Part shown: one piece after another, positions 55,419-64,000 of the stretch
Layout of the letters: the number at the start of each line of letters is the position of its first letter
Position numbering within the stretch: position 1 is the stretch's first letter
NCBI RefSeq assembly: GCF_009914755.1
Contig: NC_060947.1
Strand: one strand, 5' to 3'
Length of the DNA: 64,000 nucleotides
Origin: the human T2T-CHM13v2.0 reference genome, Homo sapiens
Notes under the pieces: model-generated
What the model was told of the DNA's origin: nothing
The model's input: the letters and a program-made list of their open reading frames with translations, nothing else
The model's database searches: none
Made by a program: the position numbers and the translations under genes

Positions 55419-56654
55419 CACAGAATCAACTTTACCCCCATCACAGATTTGCCACCTGACAACGTCATGTTAAGAAACAAGAAAGAAACTGACTCTCCCA
55501 CCTGCTGTGGTGTGGCAGAGAATCCCAGATCAGCCTATCTAAGAAGCTGCCAAAGGGTGGGGAGGAGGTGGTCTTCTGGTCCCAGAACAGCTGCTACTCC
55601 TCCCTGCTTCTTCTGGCAAATGTTTTGTAGTGCTTTCAGAGCTTCATAGGAATGCGGCTTTGCTGGCAGCTGTAGGGATCATTGACTCCAGGTGAGTAAT
55701 TCTCTCCTCATTGAGGGGCTGGGTCAAGAAAAAAAGAAGAGTTTTCTCCTTGACATGCCAAGGAGAGCCTTTGCCTGCTCAGTCCCCTAGGCTGTAGAAG
55801 AGAATCAAGGTCACTCTGGGTTTATTTTTTCCTACTCCATAAGGGAAAGGGCTCAGGGCTGGTGACTTGAATTGATTAGTCACTCTCCGGTTTTATTATA
55901 CCTAATATAGGCCCAAGCCCCTAGTGTGATTGCAATCAATGTCAATCAATGATATTAATTTTTTTGGTGAAAGACCTTATGTTCTTCTGTTTCACAGGCC
56001 AGGCTATCACTGGCTTTAATCTATAGATTTCTCACAGAAAGACCGTTTGTGTCATTTAGAGCCCCATTGCATGCGGTCCATCTCTGTGATTTTTAAGTTA
56101 AATTACTCATTTTATCTGTGGTACTGAGAAATTTACCTTAAGGAAGGATATGTAGGACATGAATGGTCAGTGTGTGGAGTGGAATTGAGGCAGACTGCCG
56201 GCAGAACTGCTTAAATTCAACTGTCACATCACCCTGCTCTTAATTCTGTTAACATAGCCCAGAGAATATACTGTTTTTTTTTTCCATTTTGTAAATAATG
56301 TTCTTCGAGGATAAATAACAATCTGCAAAGGAATAACACTTCTGTAGATCCTAAAAAGATTACAAAAGAGGCAGCAATACACTGTAGATCTCCAGGTGAT
56401 GTAACATTGTTATTTATGTCCTCTCTGAATTTGCTAAGAGTCTTAGTGGAGACAGAGATAGAGCCAGAAACAACGTCACCATCTCTCAGCCCTCGGGAAC
56501 TTCATTTGCTGTACCTTCTACCATCATCAACTCTCTTTCTAGTTCTTCAGGAAAATTAGTTTCTCATTAAAAAGTGAGGGAGACTATTTGCTGTAATGTA
56601 TAGATACAAAATAAATAAGTCTTAGATTCTAGCCAATTACAATTCAAGATAACT

Positions 56655-56890
56655 TTAATTAAGAGCTTATTGTATACCAGATACTATTCTATATGCTTTA
56701 TAGGCATTAAGTCATTTGATCCTCATAGGAATCCCATGAGGTAGTTTTTATCAATGTTATTCTCATTTTGTATATGTAACTGAGGCATAGTGAAGTTAAA
56801 TAACTTGTCTAAAGTCATGCAGTAAATGTCTGAGCCAGGTCTGTAATGAGATATCCCTGGCCTGTAAAGCCCTCACTTTTAACTGTGCCA
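56655..56890 (-). mobile_element. MIR SINE
   Basis: cattaagtcatttgatcctcataggaatcccatgaggtag...aactgaggcatagtgaagttaaataacttgtctaaagtca. Confidence 0.8.
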
Positions 56891-58855
56891 TATAAAACTA
56901 CAGGAGAATTGTTAAGTTTTAAAAAAGCAGTACATTTGTACATGATATACTCAAATCAGTGAGGAACTGGAAGGTAGTTCCACCAAGCCCCCAAGGAACA
57001 TTTATAATGAGGATCCAATGTCTACAACTCTCCCAGTTCCAGTACCATTATTGTTTTCCTCCAGTCTGTGTCAAAGAGACTTTCTAATGAAAACAGAGAG
57101 AATTAATGAATTATATTTTCAGTCATTTGACAAAGCCAAATTACATGGCATGTTATATGGGGAATATTAGAAACTACTTGAAAAAATAATTAGCAATTCA
57201 TGAAGTGCCTGTTCTGAATAGTAAATATTTAAGAAAGATTCAATTAAATTTTCTAGTAGCTAGCTTTTTATTACAGAATCAGTTTTATGTAAAATATTTC
57301 AACAGCAGCATGCCCAGTGCACAATATAGGTTTTGGAACCAACCAGAACAGGAATAAATTAGACATGCTATTGATATTGTGCTACACAGTTTCAAAAGGG
57401 AAAGTTCTCTCAAAAAAGCTAGACAGTTGAAGCATTTAAAAGACTAATCGCTTTGACAAGAGCCCTGACCAGGAAGGTATCAGTTTAGGTTCATGGAATA
57501 CATTCTAGGTCATCAGCTAAAAATTCATGTAGAGACTTATTTTCACAAGTTTAGAGTATGCAGCTTCCATCTTTCTATAATCATGTCATACTAGTCCCCT
57601 GCCATGCCACAGTGGGAGCATGTGCTTTGGCATCACATAAATCTGATTTTAACTCATGGCTCCATGAGGTGAGTGACCAGGGAGTGAGTTGCCTAACTTC
57701 TGTAAGCCACAGTTTCACAAAACTAATGGGGACAATAAAACACATTATGCAATGTATCTCTTATCATCCTATGAAAAAACAGGCAAAAGTTTTTTATCAA
57801 TATGGAGACCAGTATTAAAATGTTATTAGCATTGCAAGTGGACAAATTGGTAGATGAATATCTTTAATACAAAGTTTATTTTAATATTCACTACTCTGAA
57901 GCTGAGGCAGATGAGGAAGAATCAAACTTTACCACAGGACAGAGCTGATAGGACTCCATTCAGGTCGTAGGTCAATCCGTTATTTATAGATAACAAAACT
58001 CAAGCCCTGAGAGGGGAAGTGACTTCCTTTAGGTCAAATAACTAAAGATGTAGAGCATCCCTTTGCTATAGAAATAACACGTCCTTCTCCGTCCCTAACT
58101 CACTCCCACTCACTCAAGGTTTCCCAGGTATTACCTAATACTCTAATTTCCAGGTAGTTATCCTCTAAGTATCTTACTTCTTTCTAGGAATCTGAAGGTG
58201 AAATATCTCATTACTTTTCCCTCTCACATAAGATTGTGAATAATTAAAATGGTGGTAATTCTGATTGATAGTAATAGCTATTCTTATTATAACAGTGAAA
58301 CTATAATATTTTTCAAATCAGAAATGATTCAGATGTACCTACAGAATCTTATGAATGACAGCTCTGAGTAAATGATATTATTCAATTTAAGTTAAGGAGG
58401 CTTATTGATGTTCATCAAAATACAAGGAGAAAAATATCTCATAAATCAGCCTTAAGTTACTGCAGCCTCTAACAAATGAACCCTCTATGTTCAGTTCACA
58501 TCAGCCCCACTTCACATCTCTTTTTCTTATTTCATTTTAATTTTACATCTCACCTCCTCATTCTTGCTTTAGATTCTGACAATTTCAGTGTGGTTAACAA
58601 CTGTGACTGATAGGAATCTTTTCAATATTTTTGGACAGAATCTGGAGATATGTTAATGATTTATTAGTTGATTTTCCAGAATCTGTTTCCACCATTCTTA
58701 TCTTCATATGCTTTTTATTATTATGTAAAATTTTGATAATTTGTCCCTGGTATATTAGATGGTGATGAACATTTGAAAGCACTGAATCAAATGAAAGCTT
58801 AGCCTTCCTGCCTTGCCTTAAAATATCTCTCTGTATTGTGCCTTATGCGGCCCTG

Positions 58856-59208
58856 TGTATTAGTCTGTTTTCATGCTGCTGATAAAGACACACCCAAGAT
58901 TGGGAAGAAAAAGTGGTTTAATTGGACTTACAGTTCTGCATGGCTGGGGAGGCATCCAAATCATGGTGGGAGGTGAAAGGCACTTCTTGCATGGTGGCGG
59001 CAAGAGAAAACGAGGAAGAAGCAAGAGCAGAAACCTGGATAAACCCATCAGCTCTCATGAGACTTATTCACTATCATGAGAATAGCATGGGAAAGACCGG
59101 CCCCCATGATTCAATTACCTCCCCCTGGGTCCCTCCCACAACATATGAGAATTCTGGGAGATACAATTCAAGTTGATATTTGGGTGGAGAGACAGCCAAA
59201 CCATATCA
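58856..59208 (-). mobile_element. THE1C 3' LTR, complete, 353 bp
   Basis: tgtattagtctgttttcatgctgctgataaagac ... gacagccaaaccatatca; gggaagaaaaag diagnostic. Confidence 0.9.
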
Positions 59209-60786
59209 TACGGCCCCTGGCCCCTCCAAATCTCATGTCCTCACATTATAAAACCAATCATGCCTTCCCAACAGTCCCGCATTAACCCAAAAGTCCGTAG
59301 TCCCGTATTAACTCAAAAGTCCACAGTCCAAAATCTCATCTGAGACAAGGCAAGTCCCTTCTGCCTATGAGCCTGTAAAATCAAAAGCAAGTTAATTACT
59401 TTCTAGATACAAGGAGGGTACCAGAATTGTTGTAAATACACCTGTTGCAAATGGGAGAAATTGGCCAAAACACAGGGGTTACAGGGCCCATGCAAGTTCA
59501 AAATCCAGCGGGCCAGTCAATTTTAAAGCTCCAAAATGATCTCCTTTGACTACAGGTCTCACATTCAGGTCACATGATGCAAGACGTGGGTTCCCATGGT
59601 CTTGGGCAGCTCCGCCCCTGTGGCTTTGCAGGGTACATATTTATTACCTCCTGACTGCTTTCACAGGCTGGCATTGAGTGTCTGCAACTTTTCCAGGTGC
59701 ACGGTTCAAGCAGTCAGTGAATTTACAATTCTGGGGTCTGGAGGATGGTGGCCCTCTTCTCATAGCTCCACTAGGTGATGCCCCAGTAGGGACTCTGTGT
59801 GGGGGCTCCAACCCCACATTTCCCTTCTGCACTGCCCTAGCAGAGGTTCTCCATGAGGGCCCCACCCCTGCGGCAAACCTTTGCCTGGTGATCCAGGCAT
59901 TTCCATACATCTTCTGAAATCTAGGCGGAGGTTCCCAAACCTCAATTCTTGACTTCAGTGCACCTGCAGGCTCAACACTATGTGGAAGATGCAAAGGCTT
60001 GGGGCTTGCACCCTCTGAAGCCACAGCCTGAGCTCTACATTGGCCCCTTTAAGCTATAGCTGGAGCGGCTGGGACACAGGACACCAAGTCTCTAGGCTGC
60101 ACACAGCACAGGGACCCTGGGCCCAGTCCACAAAACCACTTTTTCCTCCTGGGCCTCCAGGCCTGTGATGAGAGGGGCTGCCATGAAGGTCTCTGACATG
60201 GCCTGGAGACATTTTCCCCATTGTCTTGGTGATTAGCATTTGGCTCCTTGTTACTTATGCAAATCTGCATCTGGCTTGAATTTCTCCTCAAAAAATGGGT
60301 TTTTCTTCTCTGCTGCATCATCAGGCTGCAAATTTTCCAAACTTTTGTGCTCTGTTTCCCTTTTAAAATGGAATGTTTTTAACAGCACCCAAGTCACCTT
60401 TTGAATGCTTTGCTGCTTAGAAGTTTCTTTGGCCAGATACCCTAAATCATCTCTCTCAAGTTGAAAGTTCCACAAGTCTCTAGGGCAGGGGCAAAATGCC
60501 ACCAGTCTCTTTGCTAAAATGTAACAGGAGTCACCTTTGCTCCAGTTCCCAACAAGTTCCTCATCTCTATCTGAGACCACCTCAGCCTGGACTTCATTGT
60601 CCATATCACTGTCAGCATTTTGGGAAAAGCCATTCAGCAAGTCTGTAAGAAGTTCCAAACTTTCCCACATTTTCCTGTCTTTTTCTGAGCCCTCCAAACT
60701 GTTCCAACCTCTGCCTATTACCCAGTTCCAAAGTCACTTTTTGGGTATCTTTTCAGCAATGCCCCACTCTACTGGTACCAATTTAC
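59209..60786 (-). mobile_element. THE1-int internal region (MaLR), with degenerate ORF remnant at 60251-60697
   Basis: Starts gtaaattggtaccagtagagtgggg on the - strand; MEGSEKDRKMWESLELL is the typical MaLR internal ORF. Confidence 0.9.
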
Positions 60787-60882
60787 TGCAATAATAGTCT
60801 GTTTTCATGCTGCTGATTAAGACATACCCAAGACTGGGAAGAAAAAGAGGTTTAATTGGACTTGGACTTACAGTTCCACATG
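60787..60882 (-). mobile_element. Truncated THE1C 5' LTR (only ~96 bp of its 3' end remains)
   Basis: Matches 58856-58942, then similarity stops abruptly after cagttccacatg. Confidence 0.85.
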
Positions 60883-62950
60883 ATTCTGGAGCAAAGTCAG
60901 CAACATTGTGAGCAGAGGTAGCAGCAGGCCTGGTCTTGCTGCCTTCTGATGGAACAAAACGCCCTTATTTCTGTATTTCTGTGGTTCTTAAGTAAGGGTG
61001 CACACCAAAATCTTCTGGAGGAATCATTTGAAAATGCAAATGCTCATGACCCACCCTAAAAGATTTGGATTGGGAACCACTGCTTAGTTGAATTTGAGAT
61101 TCTATGTGTAAACTAGAAATGTCAGAAAGGGTTTATTACTTTTCTCAGATGGTGAAAAAATTACGCATATGTATTGGGAAGGAAGAGATTGGACTTAATG
61201 TGGTGTGATTTGCAGGAAAGATATCTCAGACCAAAAATATGTTCCACGGACCAGCCTTCCACATTTCTCAAAATTCCAATTATTAGAGTCATTCTTTTGG
61301 ACTTCTTATTAGAAATCACCTGTTCAAGTCTATATTATAAATTAAGTAATGCATTAAACAACTAATTAATACTTTAGCACAGATAAGAGTGGGTCTCACC
61401 TTAATCCCAAGGGAAATGAGGCACATGGCAGGTAAATTATTTTTGATGAGTGTGAGACAGTTGAGAGGAGAGTTTTGTAACAAGGGTAGTGGTTCCTTAA
61501 CAAAGCAAAGCGAGATGTAGCACCTCTGTAAAAGGAGAGAACCCTAAGGGCACCATGGGAGGGGAGGGGGTTGAAGGCAAGGTACACTTCTGCCAGAGGT
61601 TATCCAATTGCCCTTGATGAAGGGAGCCTGCTTTTCTCTCTTACAGGATCAAGTCTCTCTTGGTTACAATGACCCTCCACTGACCCTGGTTCATTTAAAT
61701 GCAAAGCAACAAAAGGGGAAAGGCTGGAGGGATTTAATCCTACCATTTAGGCTACATAGTATTAAACAGCTGATTGATTTGGCCCATTCAGTGAAGAGAA
61801 AGCACACACTGTATATTCAAAGCAACTGTTCGAGTTTATTTGGGAAAACAGTTAAACCATATTAGATAAATGGAGAAACGACTTTCTCAATCTTTTTTGC
61901 AAATGCCATTTTCTGTTTGCTCACCTGAAACTTAGCCAGAGTTGTGGAGCCTTCTAAGTCCTCTGGTGGATAGGAGAAGTGACTTCGGGTCAAATATTAT
62001 CAGAACCTTTCAATATGTTGAGAATGTTGAAGTGGTAGCAAGCACAGGATCCTAGTCTGAAGGGAGGATTGAGGGGATAGGGAAAATAGTCATGTAGATT
62101 TGGCTGTTTTAAGTTAACTGACAAATAGGGAAATGGTGAAAGTTCTGGTCATGGCTATAAAAGAAGTTTTGGTACTTGGGACATTAGCAACCACGAATTC
62201 TACTATTCCTTTTATCTCTCTAGATTTCAATAAAGCCCATTTGTCCACATATCCTTAGAGCAGCATATAGTTAAGAGACTGTGTTCCCTTAAAAATGTGG
62301 TTTTGATTAATCTGCCTTTGGATTATCCAGTTGCTCTTTGGTTGGATAACTTGAGCCTTGGCCTTCATTTTTTTTCTTTTTTATATTTGGCCATCTAATA
62401 GAGGGATTAAAGCACATATCAGATCTAAGCAGCAGGATTTGAACAAAGCCAAATGCATGAACTCTCTTTCTTAGTCCTCCCCCTTTAAAGTTAGCATCCA
62501 TTCCTTAAAACAGTACCAATGTTTTCAATTAAGGAAGCCAGTTGAAGTGGCATGAGTGTGCACCACTTTCTTAAAAGAAGCTCAGAAGCCAGAACAAAAG
62601 TCTTGGCAGATAATATAGTGGAATTAAAATCTAGTCACTATAGATTTACTGGAAATCTGCTCAAACCTCCCCAAGCCCCCTATATCTTAACAGTCTTGAT
62701 GGCAAAGGAGGATGGAGTGACTTTTTAAAAATTTTTGAATTTCTTATTACACTCTCGTGAACTTCAAATCTGTCAGCCAAGTCATGAAATTAGTTAGGTT
62801 TTTTCCACCTCCTCTGGCTTACCAGTTTCTTCCTGTAAAGTTCAGTGCCATGTCCCTGTCGTCCTTGGAATGACTCATTAATCTTTCTTTTATGACCTTT
62901 TGGTATGGTTGATTCACAGATTCTACTTTCACATGTTAATTCCCTTAGCA

Positions 62951-63152
62951 TAGTGGTTCTCAAAGTTTGGCCTCTTGACTAGCAGTGTCAGTATCACCCA
63001 GAAACTTGTTAGAAATGCAAATTCTTGGGAGCCACTCCAGAAATAGTAAGGCAGAAACAAACCCAAGTAGGAGTACTGGTTGGGGGAGCAGGCAATCTGT
63101 GTTTTAACAGATTAGGTATTTCCGATGCATGCACCAGATTGAAGAGTCACTG
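62951..63152. mobile_element. MER5A MITE
   Basis: tagtggttctcaaagt...aacttgttagaaatgcaaattctt...gcaatctgtgttttaaca...tgaagagtcactg. Confidence 0.8.
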
Positions 63153-63311
63153 CCTCAGTTATAGCCCATCCTTTGAGGTGCTTCTTTGTTGCTTCATTGT
63201 GCATATTATCCTCACTTAGAACCAGGCACTAACATGAGAAAATCACGTTTTCATTGGAGTTTCAAGGTGGTTTGGTGACATTGATTCCTGACACTGCCCC
63301 ACCAACCATGT

Positions 63312-63348
63312 GTGCACACGCGCAAGCACACACAGACACACACACACA
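63312..63348. repeat. Imperfect (CA)n
   Basis: gtgcacacgcgcaagcacacacagacacacacacaca. Confidence 0.7.
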
Positions 63349-64000
63349 AATTTAGGAAATAAAAATATTAATCATTACTTGAATATTCCAGGAAGGGGAT
63401 AGTGAGCTGCATATCTCTCTCCCACTGGGTGAATCCCAGGAAAGGGCAAAATTTCCCCATGTCAGGCATATAAGTTTATATAGATTATCCTTCAGATTAA
63501 GTTCTTAGGATATATAGATTTGAGGAAGGTATTTAAGACTTTCCTTCACAATGAAAATATACTGTAAACTATGAAAGCATGTCTTCGCAAATTAATATAA
63601 GCAAATATCCTGAGTCTTCTACTCCCACACCATAAATCCCTAAAAGTTTAGAAATACATGTAGAACTGGTTTTGATTATAGAATTAGGTACTTTTCCTTG
63701 TTTTGCATATGTATCCTGTTAGTGAACTGGAAACTTAAGCTATTTGTTCCTTACATCTTAATACACAGTAGAGTAGCATTTTGGGGGCTGCCTTCACAAA
63801 GTTCCTTTTTGGCAAGTTGGTGATGGCAGCTTAGTACAATGGTTTGGAGTACTGTAACAGCATTCTGCAGTAAATTTCCCAGTGCTGATGGCTTAGAATT
63901 TGCTAAATGTTTCTGCAGAACTTTCAGATCTGGAAACCTGGGCAAGATTTCTCAGAAAGGGCAGAAGTTAAGGATGGTGATGTAGAAAGTTGTAGGATTC

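Noticed and set aside
40929-64000. NRK exon 3 (expected to encode the VAIK-equivalent lysine region)
   Set aside because: No matching coding segment found; it probably lies beyond the window

Overview
Primate (human or great-ape-like) genomic DNA, AT-rich and retroelement-dense. It holds the 5' end of NRK (Nik-related kinase, a GCK-IV/MAP4K family gene, X-linked and placenta-enriched in human) on the + strand. A CpG-island promoter lies at ~31.4-33.2 kb. Coding exon 1 (32656-32712, MAGPGGWRDREVTDLGHLP) and exon 2 (40863-40928, DPTGIFSLDKTIGLGTYGRIYL) are both visible, and intron 2 runs past the window end. Upstream are two full-length dead L1s arranged tail-to-tail: an L1PA2/3 (+, 6717-12761) and an L1PA7-like element (-, ~15311-22730) that carries a nested L1PA4-like insertion. 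The window also has Alus, MIRs, DNA-transposon MITEs, a shattered CR1/L3 fossil and an antisense THE1C provirus whose 5' LTR is truncated. Nearly all entries in the ORF track are repeat-derived or spurious. I see no demonstrable new biological system. The best leads are regulatory and untested: an intact L1PA7 antisense ORF0 that ends at a phase-0 donor and could splice in-frame onto NRK exon 2; a stop-free in-frame NRK leader with CUG starts; a MADE1 miR-548-like hairpin; and cryptic splice architectures in intron 2. Repeat subfamily calls come from recalled consensus motifs, not a RepeatMasker run.
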